Shown: positions 1 through 10,226, numbered from the stretch's first letter. The stretch: 64,000 nucleotides of DNA from Nitrospirota bacterium (GCA_963818475.1 CAWFSF010000006.1:736001-800000), one strand, 5' to 3'. The notes: generated by a model from the letters alone, not told the origin. Numbers and translations are program-made.

Positions 1-35
1 AGCCCGTAAGACCTTATGAAAATTTCCCTTTTTCG

Positions 36-512
36 ATGGTTCTCTTCGCGATCCTGGTGACTCTTTCGATCTATGCCCTTGGCGTGGTCATTCTTTCCGG
101 CTTCGGGAATATTGCGGCTGCGCTCTATCTGCTTTACTGCCTCGGCGCCGAGATCCATGTTATGAAAATGAGCTGTGTCGACTGCTGCTACTACGGCAAA
201 TGGTGCGCATTCGGCAGGGGCAAAGTGGCCCCTTTCCTTTTCAAGCAAGGAGATCCGAAGCGGTTTACGTCCAAATCCATGTCGTGGAAAGACTTGCTGC
301 CTGATATGCTTGTGTTGCTGGTCCCGCTGGTCGGAGGTATTGCGCTCCTGATCCGAGGTTTCTCATGGGGCATGGCGATGATGCTCGCGGCACTGTTGGC
401 GTTGGCATTCGGCGGCAATTACGTCGTCAGGAGCCGAATAGCCTGCAAATACTGCAGGCAGCGTGAACTCGGGTGTCCTGCGGAGCAGTTTTTCGGCAAG
501 CAGCGGGCGTAG
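36..512 (+). CDS. Hypothetical membrane protein with Cys clusters (start may lie upstream)
   Basis: About 4 hydrophobic segments; CVDCCYYGKWC and CKYCRQRELGC motifs. Confidence 0.6.
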   Translation: MVLFAILVTLSIYALGVVILSGFGNIAAALYLLYCLGAEIHVMKMSCVDCCYYGKWCAFGRGKVAPFLFKQGDPKRFTSKSMSWKDLLPDMLVLLVPLVGGIALLIRGFSWGMAMMLAALLALAFGGNYVVRSRIACKYCRQRELGCPAEQFFGKQRA

Positions 513-679
513 CGAAAAGAGCTGCCGCCGGAACAGCGCATTTGTAAGGAAAATCTCGGGTGTCAACACTGGCTTAACCGGTCCATTCAGTATAGCGCTA
601 TGGCAAGGTCGGCTGGTCGGGTAGAGCGAAGCAATGCGGGGTGTTTATGCTGGTTGAATCCCCCAAGAGGACGCGTCAT

Positions 680-1600
680 ATGCAAACAATACTGGGAGCA
701 GGCGGCGTAATCGGATCGGAATTGGCAAAAAGTCTCCCTCAATTCACCGACCGGATCAGGCTGGTGAGCCGTCATCCCCGAAAGGTCAATGCGAGCGATG
801 AGCTCTTTTCAGCCGATCTCCTGAACGCTGAGCAGACGTCGCAGGCCGTGGAGGGCTCCGACGTCGTCTACCTGACCGCGGGCCTCCCGTACAACCTCAA
901 GATATGGCAAAACCAGTGGCCAACGATCATGCGCAATGTCCTCGACGCCTGCAAGAAGCACCGCGCAAAATTCGTTTTTTTCGATAATGTCTATTGCTAC
1001 GGCCGGGTGAACGGCTGGATGACCGAAAGCACCCCGGTCAATCCTGCAAGCAAAAAGGGCATGGTCAGGGCGCAGATTGCCGATATGGTCCTGGAAGAGA
1101 TAGCACACGGTACTCTTCAGGCCCTTATTGCCAGGTCAGCGGATTTTTACGGGCCCAACACGCCGCTCAGTTTTGTAAACGTCATGGTCTTTGAGAATTT
1201 ACGAAACGGCAAAAAAGCGCAATGGATGATCAACGATACCGTGCTGCACTCGCTCACTTACACACCTGACGCAGGAAAAGCGACCGCTCTCCTGGGAAAT
1301 ACCGATTCTGCCTACGGCCAGATCTGGCATTTGCCGACGGACAGAAACGCTTTGACAGGCAGGGAGATTATCGAAATGGCTGCGCGCGAGTTCAATGTGA
1401 AGCCCGGTCACACCACGCTTCCCCGATGGATGCTGCGGATGGCGGGGCTCTTCAGCGGGGTCATCAGGGAAAGCGTGGAGATGCTGTATCAAAATGATTC
1501 CGACTATCTCTTTGACAGCAGCAAGTTCGACAAGGCCTTCGACTTCAAGACAACAAGCTACGAACAGGGCGTCAAAGAGACCGTGCGTTCCATGAGATGA
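680..1600 (+). CDS. NAD-dependent epimerase/dehydratase (atypical SDR)
   Basis: MQTILGAGGVIG Rossmann motif; DNVYCYG; ARSADFYGP. Confidence 0.9.
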   Translation: MQTILGAGGVIGSELAKSLPQFTDRIRLVSRHPRKVNASDELFSADLLNAEQTSQAVEGSDVVYLTAGLPYNLKIWQNQWPTIMRNVLDACKKHRAKFVFFDNVYCYGRVNGWMTESTPVNPASKKGMVRAQIADMVLEEIAHGTLQALIARSADFYGPNTPLSFVNVMVFENLRNGKKAQWMINDTVLHSLTYTPDAGKATALLGNTDSAYGQIWHLPTDRNALTGREIIEMAAREFNVKPGHTTLPRWMLRMAGLFSGVIRESVEMLYQNDSDYLFDSSKFDKAFDFKTTSYEQGVKETVRSMR

Positions 1601-1724
1601 TGCCTGTTGCTGACAAAGGGATGAAAACTCATGCCGGGATGAACCCTAAGAACGCACCTGTCATTTCTGACAGGTGACAGCGAGCAATAAATCAGTTACA
1701 ATCATGCAATAAATTGTCGAGGGC
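1415..1724 (+). repeat. Copy 1 of a ~310 bp duplication (epimerase 3' end plus downstream DNA)
   Basis: Aligns by eye with 4822-5129 with scattered substitutions. Confidence 0.9.
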
Positions 1725-1816
1725 GCTTTCGGCCCCAAATGCATCAACGTCTCCAAGTCGGTAAGGAAAATATAGGCAACTCAATCTTTAAGTCTCCATA
1801 CGGTCCATACGGTCGA

Positions 1817-1879
1817 ATCAACGTTTCCCATTTTTCGTTCTACGCCCGCCGCTACGCCGCGAGTGACTTATCGTTAAAA
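1817..1879 (+). other. Degenerate attC-like site followed by a short ORF (about 1882-2223)
   Basis: AAC...GCTACGCCGCGAGTGACTTATCGTTAAAA end resembles the right arm of an attC; ATG follows directly. Confidence 0.35.
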
Positions 1880-2173
1880 CATATGAGGTACATCTCGGAA
1901 GGGCCGTATTAGCTACTCCAGAAGGGCAAAAGTACGAGGCCTCTTGGGGTGAGGTCATGCAAGTCGTAATCCCGGCTTGTGTACCCGCAGGATCTACATC
2001 ACCTGCCAACTTGGGAAAATTCACATTTGTTGCGAGCGTTGCATCGTCTGGCCTGGTTTCCGATGTCGAAGTGAGGCCGAGCACAGTGGTATCTCGTTGC
2101 TTTGCAGCGCATTTCAGTGGGGCGCAGCTGCCACCACCACCGAAAATGGGAAAAAATGGTGCGCTCTTTCCAA

Positions 2174-2215
2174 TTGCTGACGTGTTGGAAATTATTGCTG
2201 ACGTGTTGGAAATTA
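2174..2215. repeat. 21 bp tandem duplication
   Basis: TTGCTGACGTGTTGGAAATTA x2. Confidence 0.85.
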
Positions 2216-2384
2216 TTCCGTGAGCTGCGCTCTTCCGCTGGAATAGCGGGGCTGAAATCGCATAGAGATGCGGGTGCAGCGTGGGCTAAAGATTAGATCT
2301 TTGGCTGGAAACCAGAACAGAGACCTTGCATCTCTCAGCGGCTCATCGTCTCTGCGGGAGAAAAGAATTTCATTTAAAAACGCT

Positions 2385-2924
2385 ATGAAGATACACGAAC
2401 ACGCTTCTCTTCTTGATGACATCCTTGAAAGCCGGCGTGAGTCCCTCGACAAAGACTTCGATGCCTATAGGAACCATTGTTATCGCGTCCTGAATTTTTG
2501 CCTCGCATTTTGTGGAGAAAGTGCAGAGACTGAGAGCAAGGTGTCTATCGCTGCGGCATTCCATGACCTGGGGATCTGGGTGAACAAAACCTACGATTAC
2601 CTTGAGCCATCTAAACAACTTGCTCGCGAGTATCTTGCAATAGCGGGTCAGGGCGGATGGACCGAAGAGATCGAATCCATGATCGAGCAGCATCACAAGC
2701 TCAGAAACTATAAAGCCGATCCGGGCTGGTTGGTGGAGCCCTTCCGAAAAGCGGACTGGATCGATGTATCGAGAGGATGGCTAACGTTTGGATTGCCTTC
2801 CGCCTTTGTGGTGGAGGTTCTGTCGAAGTTTCCGAACGCAGGGTTTCATAAACGGCTTGTCGACTTGACCTGGCAGCGGCTTAAGGCTCATCCCTTTAGC
2901 CCTTTGCCCATGATGAGGCTATGA
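2385..2924 (+). CDS. HD-domain phosphohydrolase-like protein
   Basis: YRNHCYRV...AAAFHDLG...HHK...ADWID pattern. Confidence 0.8.
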   Translation: MKIHEHASLLDDILESRRESLDKDFDAYRNHCYRVLNFCLAFCGESAETESKVSIAAAFHDLGIWVNKTYDYLEPSKQLAREYLAIAGQGGWTEEIESMIEQHHKLRNYKADPGWLVEPFRKADWIDVSRGWLTFGLPSAFVVEVLSKFPNAGFHKRLVDLTWQRLKAHPFSPLPMMRL

Positions 2925-3011
2925 GCATAACGATGCGCTTTTGACTCCAAGAGGAACCAGGGGGAGTAGAGATGTTTGCCTTTGTGATTAACGAAATGAT
3001 CGTGAAAACCC

Positions 3012-3419
3012 ATGATTGACAAAACAGAGAAAAGGTCACCTGCCCTCGGCTCGCAGGAAGAAACTGACGCAATAAGGCGGGAAAAACGATACAACGTTCC
3101 TGATGCCTGTCAGCAGTACATCAAGTTGCTGGTAAAGCACGGCGACGAATTCGTGCCCGCTATTCTCGGCAACTTCAGCCGCAATGGCATTCTGTTCGAG
3201 TGTCCCGTGTCGTTCGGTCAGGGAGAGCATACAGCGTGTACCATATCGATTTCTTTGTTGCTTGCTCGTGAAATATCATTTGATATTAAGGTCAGGTACT
3301 GCTACGCGGATCAGGTCTCCTATATTATAGGAGCTTCTATTGATACCATTTCAGATGAGATCTGGTTTGATGCCTTTGTTGAAGTGTATGATCTTATCGC
3401 GCTCCGCGGCTCCGTATAA
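3012..3419 (+). CDS. PilZ-domain protein
   Basis: RREKR...NFSRNG matches RxxxR and (D/N)xSxxG. Confidence 0.7.
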   Translation: MIDKTEKRSPALGSQEETDAIRREKRYNVPDACQQYIKLLVKHGDEFVPAILGNFSRNGILFECPVSFGQGEHTACTISISLLLAREISFDIKVRYCYADQVSYIIGASIDTISDEIWFDAFVEVYDLIALRGSV

Positions 3420-3470
3420 CAGCCGCCTTTTGGCATGTTCAGAATGACAATTGCCGGGATTCAGTTGACT

Positions 3471-3506
3471 TTACCCTCTCCCAGAGGGGAGAGGGTTGGG
3501 TGAGGG
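3471..3506 (-). repeat. CCCTCACCC...CCCTCTCCC palindromic repeat, reverse orientation
   Basis: Same family as 36390 and 40088. Confidence 0.6.
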
Positions 3507-3644
3507 ATCTTTATGGGCATCATTTTCACTCGGACTGATCTGTATTTCCTGTTTCATGCGCCTGCTTCGAGACAAGGTCGACTCGTCTATCGCGGTCGTC
3601 GAACGAGCAGAAAGGCAAAGACAGAAATGCAAAGAGCAAAAGAC

Positions 3645-4190
3645 ATGAAAGCAAAACAACGTGAAGAACTACTCAGAGCATTGAAAGCCCGTTTTGAGAA
3701 AAACATGAACCGCCATAAAGGTCTTGAATGGGCTAAAGTACAAGCAAAGCTGGAAGCTAATCCTGAAAAACTGTGGTCACTCAATGAAATGGAAAGAACC
3801 GGCGGTGAACCGGATGTTGTTGGTCATGATAAAAAGACGGGCGAATACATTTTTTATGATTGTTCAGCGGAAAGTCCTAAAGGCCGCAGAAGTGTTTGTT
3901 ACGACCGTGAAGCGCTGGAGTCAAGGAAAGAACATAAACCAGAAAATAACGCTATTGATATGGCAGCTGCCATGGGCATTGAGCTTTTAACGGAAGAACA
4001 ATATCGAGAGTTGCAGAAACTTGGAAATTTCGATACGAAAACGTCGAGCTGGGTGAAAACACCTTCTGATATTAGAAAACTCGGCGGCGCCCTCTTTGCT
4101 GATCGCCGCTACGACCATGTCTTCGTGTATCACAACGGTGCGGACTCTTACTATGGCGCCAGGGGGTTCCGTGGCTCGCTAAGGGTCTAA
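3645..4190 (+). CDS. DUF4256 family protein
   Basis: ALKARFEKNMNRH, MERTGGEPDVV, YHNGADSYYGARGFRG. Confidence 0.9.
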   Translation: MKAKQREELLRALKARFEKNMNRHKGLEWAKVQAKLEANPEKLWSLNEMERTGGEPDVVGHDKKTGEYIFYDCSAESPKGRRSVCYDREALESRKEHKPENNAIDMAAAMGIELLTEEQYRELQKLGNFDTKTSSWVKTPSDIRKLGGALFADRRYDHVFVYHNGADSYYGARGFRGSLRV

Positions 4191-4207
4191 ATTTTGCGCA
4201 GATAGTC

Positions 4208-4320
4208 GGTAGGGTAGAGGGGAGCGAAACGCGACGGGTTCGCCGATTGATTCCGAGAATCGAGCATCGGTATCGGCCAGCTTAAAGGCGTTGGGTTTCA
4301 CTTTGTTCTACCCAACCTAC
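4208..4320. repeat. GTAG-type REP doublet (REPIN-like)
   Basis: GTAGGGTAGAG...TTCTACCCAACCTAC inverted pair. Confidence 0.55.
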
Positions 4321-4647
4321 CGGCTATCGTGTGGTGTAGTCAATTTACTCCTGAATCTGTTGAAGTTGCACTTCTTTGAAATATAGCATGTTGGATTCTG
4401 TATTCATTGAAGTATCTCATCGTCGTCGTTGCCAAGTCATGACATCAAGCATATATTCCGACCAAGAAACCGTGAGGCTTTACACGAAGACATAAGGTAT
4501 AGCTGTGCGGAAAAATCAAGGATGCCGAATTGAAAAAGTTTATTATTTCATAAACCGGCTCGCGATCGAGTTCAACGGTTAAATTTTGGCCGACCAAACC
4601 TAAGCGATAATAGAATTAATTTTGAAGGCATTCCAGTTTTTATTGGA

Positions 4648-5007
4648 TTGTTCAGCGCTCTTTCTCTTATCCTTTCTGTCATCTATGATTGGGGATATTT
4701 TATCGCTTTAGACATTTCTTTTGCAGAAGCACCCACGTCATTGTCGGATCATATCAAGAGCGCTTTAATTTGGGTGCCCCCTGCAGCCTTGATTATTTTT
4801 ATAGTGGCTGTTATAGAACTGACGCTTCCCCGATGGATGCTGCGGATGGCAGGACTCTTCAGCGGGGTCAGCAGGGAAGACGTGGAAATGCTGTATCAAA
4901 ATGATTCGGACTATCTCTTTGACAGCAGCAAGTTCGACAAGGCCTTTGACTTCAAGACCACAAGCTATGAAAAGGGCGTCGAAGAGACCGTGCGGTCCAT
5001 GAGATGA
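4648..5007 (+). pseudogene. Chimeric ORF: AT-rich membrane-protein fragment fused in frame to the duplicated epimerase C-terminus
   Basis: Last ~61 aa nearly identical to the end of 680..1600. Confidence 0.7.
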
Positions 5008-5129
5008 TGCCGGTTGCCGATAAACGGATGGAAATTCATGCCAGATGAGCCCAAGAACGCACCTGTCACTTCTGACAGGTGACAGCGAACAATAAATAAG
5101 TTACAATCATGCAGTAGATTGTCGATGGC
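4822..5129 (+). repeat. Copy 2 of the ~310 bp duplication
   Basis: Matches 1415-1724. Confidence 0.9.
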
Positions 5130-5210
5130 ACTTCTGCTTGAATTTTTCGACGCAACTTCAACAACAACGTCCCTAAATCGGTCCGGTTCGCGGCGAGTCA
5201 CCGGCACGTT

Positions 5211-5427
5211 GAGTCTGTAGGAAAACCCCTAAAAGGCACATTTTAGGCCCTTGATGGCAGCAACACAATTTGCCTGATGATAATAAGAATGATACTGACG
5301 GTGATTCTCGGCCCGAATGACGGGCTTTTCCTCGCTTGATGATCATCGCAAGACATCGTTGAAGTTTAATCACGTTAAGCGAAGCCTGGTGCGTTGGTGT
5401 TTGAAAAGGTACTTTTCCTACAGACTC
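5211..5427. mobile_element. MITE with perfect 15 bp TIRs and a GTT flank duplication
   Basis: GAGTCTGTAGGAAAA...TTTTCCTACAGACTC, with GTT on both sides. Confidence 0.8.
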
Positions 5428-5599
5428 GTTATATCGAAAAAGAAAGAAGATAAATGCCGCAGGCATCTGACCACGGATGTCTTATTATAAAGAACGCACA
5501 TTAAGAGGAGGTGTCTTATGAAAGTTAAGAGAAGCGCGAAGGGCCTCAAGAAGATTGGACTGGAAGATATGTATCGGCTGAACCGGCTGTCTGAGGAAA

Positions 5600-5781
5600 T
5601 AGACGGTAGAGTACACAAACGGCTTCCATACTTCATCGAGCAAGTGTATAATCGGAAACGACTGCATGCATCACTGGATTATGTTCCTCCGTTGAAGACG
5701 AGGCAATGCTGATAAACCAGAATAAAAATCCACCCTGTCCGATTACTCTAAGCTGACTGTCGAAACCTAGGGTGCAGTTCA
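5600..5781 (+). mobile_element. IS3-family remnant (transposase C-terminus and right end)
   Basis: LPYFIEQVYNRKRLHASLDYVPP is a typical IS3 OrfB end; terminus ...AGGGTGCAGTTCA. Confidence 0.75.
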
Positions 5782-6211
5782 GTGTGGGCTTTAGGGGGCT
5801 GTTTCTACAGCTCGTAGATGGGAACAAGATGGAAAGGAGACAATTATGGTCATGTGAAGGATAGTCGACAGCGTCTTACCTTGCCTTCCATCGGAAATCT
5901 TTGCGATGGTTAGGAAGCGAAAGCTGAGAGTCCAGTTACGCGCAATACCATGCGCTACTGAAAACTCTTTGTATGTTAACCGGTCGTCAATTCCGGGAAG
6001 AGGCTGAGAACGTGCAGCGCATTAGCGGGGTAGGGCGTGCAGCAGCAATACCGTCTTCGCCACATAGATCGAGAACGCTCAGAAATTTGCGAGTCATAAG
6101 AGGGAATTCTCGCTTGACCGACTAGCTGGAACCCAGAGAAGACAACCGGGATTTCAATCAGTTTAGATTCGGTGAGAGATAAATATAGAGCGAAATTGAA
6201 TTGAAATAAAA

Positions 6212-6289
6212 CCGTAACAAGCGCATCATTCGGACCTCAAAAAGCTGTGCGCGCTCCGCTTTTGCGTCCGGTTATGCACCTCGTTAATT
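6212..6289 (+). other. Solitary attC site
   Basis: TAACAAGCGCAT...palindromic core...ATGCACCTCGTTAATT, followed by RBS and ATG. Confidence 0.7.
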
Positions 6290-6300
6290 TTCAAGAGGAG

Positions 6301-7127
6301 ATGAATATGGTAGATAATTCCATAATTAATATAGGTGAGCTATCAAAGCCGGCAACTGTGTTAATCGAGAGAATTTCAGATGCTGTCGGTGGTATTTTCA
6401 AGCCATGTCAAATTAATCCGTGTTGCAAAAGCTGAAATCGAAGCGGATGCTACGTGCTGAATCTCAACTCCAAATTACAGACCTTCATCGACGTGCTCTT
6501 CATCGGTTCTTGGAAGAAGAGGCGAAAAAACAAACTAACATTGAGAAAATAACTCAAAAAGCATTACCTCACGTTGACGAGAATGCAGCACCGGACAAAA
6601 TTGAGGATGATTGGATAACAAATTTCTTTGATAAGTGTCGGCTGATTTCAGACTCTGAAATGCAACGTTTATGGTCACGCGTTCTTTCTGGTGAAGCTAA
6701 TGTGCCCGGCTCATATTCTAAAAGGACAGTCGATTTCTTATCATCATTAGACAAGAGAGATGCAGAAATTTTTACTCGATTATGTACTTTTAAAATTGAA
6801 ATCGGTGATGTAGTGCCGATGGTCTATAACTTGGAAAGTGAAATTTATTCCAGGCACGAAATAAATTTCAATTCATTAAGCCATCTTGAGAGCATAGGTT
6901 TGATTCAGTTTGATGGTATGACAAGTTTCGCACGGTCGAAACTGCCAGAAAAGATAACCGTTCTGTATTACGGTTCTCCTGCCGATCTTGAATTTCCGGG
7001 CGCTGAAAACAACCAAATGATTCTTGGAATGGTTCTGCTCACACAAATTGGCCAAGAACTCGCCCCAATTTGTAATTCCTCACCTGACCCAGGGAACTTT
7101 GGGGACGTCGTTACTTACATTGCATAA
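6301..7127 (+). CDS. DUF2806 family protein (frameshifted near 6410-6445; C-terminus probably truncated)
   Basis: GELSKPATVLIERISDAVGG; IEDDWITNFFDKCRLISD; PGSYSKRT. Confidence 0.8.
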
Positions 7128-7205
7128 CACTTAATGTGTGCATGGTTTGGGAAGATTGGAATCCAGGCAGCAACGCAACGTAAGTAACAACGCTATGTCA
7201 CCAAA
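7101..7205. repeat. Inverted-repeat element at the DUF2806 3' end
   Basis: GTCGTTACTTACATTGC...GCAACGTAAGTAACAAC. Confidence 0.55.
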
Positions 7206-7272
7206 GCGCCCCTTATTGAGCTTGTCTTGGCGCGCCTCTTAAATTAACCAATTGGCAGATCTGACCGAATGG

Positions 7273-7287
7273 GCTTACAATGTAAGC
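7273..7287. promoter_or_regulatory. Palindromic operator upstream of the mazEF-type module
   Basis: GCTTACA-A-TGTAAGC perfect palindrome 25 bp before the antitoxin ATG. Confidence 0.6.
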
Positions 7288-7312
7288 ACATGGTAAAAGG
7301 ATGGTACCTGTT

Positions 7313-7561
7313 ATGAAAACCCATTTGATTCAAGTTGGAAATTCGCGAGGCATAAGGCTGCCGAAACTTTTCATCTCACAGGCCGGATTGACCGATGAAG
7401 TCGAAATTCATATAAGAGATGGTGCAATAGTTATAGAGAACGCATCTTCGCCTCGTGAAGGCTGGGCTAAAGCAGCCAAAGCAATCCATGATCGTGCTGA
7501 AGATGTATTGCTTATGCCATCGAACCCTACCCGTTTTGACGAAAAGGATTGGAAGTGGTAA
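7313..7561 (+). CDS. AbrB/MazE/SpoVT family antitoxin
   Basis: IQVGNSRGIRLPK; PREGW; FDEKDWKW. Confidence 0.9.
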   Translation: MKTHLIQVGNSRGIRLPKLFISQAGLTDEVEIHIRDGAIVIENASSPREGWAKAAKAIHDRAEDVLLMPSNPTRFDEKDWKW

Positions 7562-7778
7562 TGTCCGATGCCGTGCGCCGTGGCGATGTATTCCTGATCT
7601 CGCTCGATCCAGTATCCTTTCCGAATCGCATGCCGGTTTCAAGGACGTGCAGGCCATATCGTTCTGGATCAGATTCGCACAGTCGATCGCGAGCGTCTGG
7701 TTAAGAAACTCGGCAAACTCTCTGCTTCCACACTATCAAATGTTTTGGCAATTTTGCAGGAGATGTTCGCGCCCTAAT
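7555..7778 (+). pseudogene. PemK/MazF toxin with an internal deletion
   Basis: VRRGDVFLISLDP joined out of frame to YPFRIACRFQGRAGHIVLDQIRTVDRERLVKKLG...QEMFAP; the RP segment is missing. Confidence 0.8.
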
Positions 7779-7944
7779 TGTTTCGGCTCAGACTTGGATC
7801 TGTAGTTATTGTTCCTCCACCCCTCCATCCGTCGCCTTCTCTTTCTCTCGAAACAGCGCTCCTTTGTTTCCTTGTATGTTGATCCCCATGCGATCAGACC
7901 CTCCGATGGTATAATATATACAGGGAAGAAGGAGGCGAACGAAC

Positions 7945-8427
7945 ATGACGAAGAAACCGGCAATTACCCATAAGATCACGCCGCATCTCTGGTTCGACAA
8001 GGAGGCCAGGGAGGCGGCTGAGTTCTACACTTCGGTGTTCCCCAAGTCGAAGATCAAGAGCACAACGACGCTCAATGACACACCGTCCGGCACGGTGGAG
8101 GTCGTCACCATCGACCTCATGGGGCAGGAGTTCATGCTGCTCTCGGCCGGGCCGCTCTTCAAATTCAACGAATCGATCTCGTTCATCATCCGCTGCAAGA
8201 CCCAGAAGGAGATCGACTACTACTGGGAGAAGCTCTCTGCTGTACCGGAAGCGGAGCAGTGCGGCTGGCTCAAGGACAAGTACGGCCTGTCGTGGCAGAT
8301 CGTTCCGGCGGCCATGGACAAAATGATGAAGGACAAGAACAGGGAGCGGCTTGCCCGGGTGACCGAGGCATTCCTCAAGATGAAGAAGTTCGACATCAAG
8401 ACGCTCGAACGGGCATATAAGGGCTGA
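7945..8427 (+). CDS. VOC/PhnB-like protein (3-demethylubiquinone-9 methyltransferase family)
   Basis: KITPHLWFDKEA; FKFNESISF; CGWLKDKYGLSWQIVP. Confidence 0.9.
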   Translation: MTKKPAITHKITPHLWFDKEAREAAEFYTSVFPKSKIKSTTTLNDTPSGTVEVVTIDLMGQEFMLLSAGPLFKFNESISFIIRCKTQKEIDYYWEKLSAVPEAEQCGWLKDKYGLSWQIVPAAMDKMMKDKNRERLARVTEAFLKMKKFDIKTLERAYKG

Positions 8428-8503
8428 CCTGGCAGGAGAAACAGCAGGCTCAGGTTGTTCAATTTACACTGAAGCATGAGAGGACTAGGGGGTCATTTCT
8501 TTG

Positions 8504-8632
8504 CGGGCTGTTGCCCAAACCCAATTTTGTCTCCCTGAACGTAGTGAAGGGTCTGCCATCACGTTGTAAATGCGAGATTCTTCGCTGCGCTCAGAATGAC
8601 ATTTTATGTAAAGTCATTTGAGCAACAGCCCG
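8504..8632. mobile_element. MITE-like element with 16 bp imperfect TIRs
   Basis: CGGGCTGTTGCCCAAA...TTTGAGCAACAGCCCG around a CTGAACGTAGTGAAG/TTCGCTGCGCTCAG hairpin. Confidence 0.7.
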
Positions 8633-8811
8633 TTTGACCGTGACAATGATGGCAAGGAGAAAGAAGCAATCCCAAAAAAAGGGCTCCAAAAAAGGCATGA
8701 GGTGGTTGCTCGGATCAAGTCCCGCCCATGAAATCTTACCGTCTCCTCATCCGCCCGGAAGCAGAGTTCGACCTTGCGGCGTCAATTCGGAAGTAAGTTC
8801 AACTCTACATA

Positions 8812-8840
8812 TTGACGTCTGCATACTAGCGGTATATAAT
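8812..8840 (+). promoter_or_regulatory. Sigma70 promoter, probably giving a leaderless transcript
   Basis: TTGACG-17 bp-TATAAT; ATG at 8847 with no RBS. Confidence 0.7.
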
Positions 8841-8846
8841 ATTTGC

Positions 8847-9077
8847 ATGAAAACAACCATCGACACAATCATAGCGGAAGTTCTTTCTCTTTCGCCGCAA
8901 GCGCGTGCCTTTGTGGCGGAAAAACTCATCGAGAGCCTCGATGCAGAGCCCGAGGTTGTTCTGTCTCCCGCCTGGCGAGAGGAAGTGCGCAAGCGTTGCC
9001 GCGAGATAGACGAAGGATCAGTGAAACTGCGTGATGCCGAGGATGTCTTTGCCCGAGGCTACGCGGCGCTCGGATGA
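8847..9077 (+). CDS. Addiction module antitoxin (TIGR02574-like)
   Basis: LSLSPQARAFVAEKLIESLD...AWREEVRKR; overlaps the toxin start. Confidence 0.85.
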   Translation: MKTTIDTIIAEVLSLSPQARAFVAEKLIESLDAEPEVVLSPAWREEVRKRCREIDEGSVKLRDAEDVFARGYAALG

Positions 9078-9370
9078 AACCGGTTCGATTCCACCCTGAA
9101 GCCGATGCTGAGATGATGTCAGCGGCACGTTTTTACGAGGCCCGGCAAAAGGATCTCGGAAAACGTTTCTTTAACGTCCATTCAGGACGCTCTCCACAGA
9201 ATCCAAGTAAACCCCCTCCTGTATCAAGAAATAGAGAAGGCGTTCGTCGCTGCCTTACAATGACGTTTCCTTTCGCTGTCGTTTTCCGGGACATGCCGGG
9301 TCAATTTGTGATCATTGCGGTGATGCACCTGCATCGTGACTCTGAATATTGGAAAAACCGTCAGCCTTAA
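9074..9370 (+). CDS. RelE/ParE family toxin (middle segment shifted by compensating indels)
   Basis: FHPEADAEM...FYEARQKDLGKRF; VRRCL..FPF; IIAVMHLHRDSEYW. Confidence 0.85.
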   Translation: MKPVRFHPEADAEMMSAARFYEARQKDLGKRFFNVHSGRSPQNPSKPPPVSRNREGVRRCLTMTFPFAVVFRDMPGQFVIIAVMHLHRDSEYWKNRQP

Positions 9371-9386
9371 TCCAACAGCTAAAACG

Positions 9387-10226
9387 ATGAAAATAACCCG
9401 TCGTCAATTTCTGAAGCGCGCCTGCGCATTCGCGGGGATAGGACTTGCCGCTAGCTATCCGTTCTGCATCGAACGCTACATCATTCTTACGAATACCTAT
9501 CGGATTCCCGTGCCCAATCTACCAAGCGCTTTCTCAGGGATCAGGATCGTCCAATTGACGGACCTGCACTACGGGGCACTTGTTCCCCTTGGGGTCATTC
9601 GACATGTTGTAGAGCGGGCAAACCAATTAAAGCCCGATCTTATTGTCTGCACAGGGGACTACGTTCACGAAAAGAATTCATCTGTTCAGATCGATCAGGT
9701 TTGGCCTGTTCTTTCGCAGCTGTCCGCGCCACTGGGCGTATATTCTGTCCTGGGGAACCATGATCATTGGGCTGATACTGAGCGTTCCGATCATTGGTTG
9801 AAACGTACCGGACAGGACCTTCGGCATAAGTCGGTTCGCATAGAACGACAGGGACAGCATCTATGGCTGGCTGGTGCGGGCGACTTCTGGGAAGACCATA
9901 AGAGCCTTGACACGCTCTTGGGCGATCTCCCGGATACCGATTGTCGGATAGTACTTGCGCACAACCCTGACACAGCAGATACGTCATATTCTTCCCGAAT
10001 TGATCTGATGGTATCAGGCCATACCCATGGAGGGCAGGTCAACATTCCGTTCATCGGCCCGCCTGTGCTGCCGGTACAAAATAAGAATTACTCAAGCGGC
10101 TTGAAACGTTCTCCGCGCGGCTGCAGGGTGTTCATTTCCAAGGGCATCGGTTGGGCGATCTACCCTGTCAGGTTCAATTGCCTCCCTGAAATCGTGGTTT
10201 TGGAATTGGTTCCGGGGAAAGCATAA
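9387..10226 (+). CDS. YkuE-like metallophosphoesterase with a twin-arginine-like N-terminus
   Basis: TRRQFLK; DLH, GD, GNHD, HNPD and GHTHGG motifs. Confidence 0.9.
   Translation: MKITRRQFLKRACAFAGIGLAASYPFCIERYIILTNTYRIPVPNLPSAFSGIRIVQLTDLHYGALVPLGVIRHVVERANQLKPDLIVCTGDYVHEKNSSVQIDQVWPVLSQLSAPLGVYSVLGNHDHWADTERSDHWLKRTGQDLRHKSVRIERQGQHLWLAGAGDFWEDHKSLDTLLGDLPDTDCRIVLAHNPDTADTSYSSRIDLMVSGHTHGGQVNIPFIGPPVLPVQNKNYSSGLKRSPRGCRVFISKGIGWAIYPVRFNCLPEIVVLELVPGKA

Noticed and set aside
5790-6205. Possible ncRNA or gene in this intergenic stretch
   Set aside because: No ORF, repeat or convincing structure could be supported.
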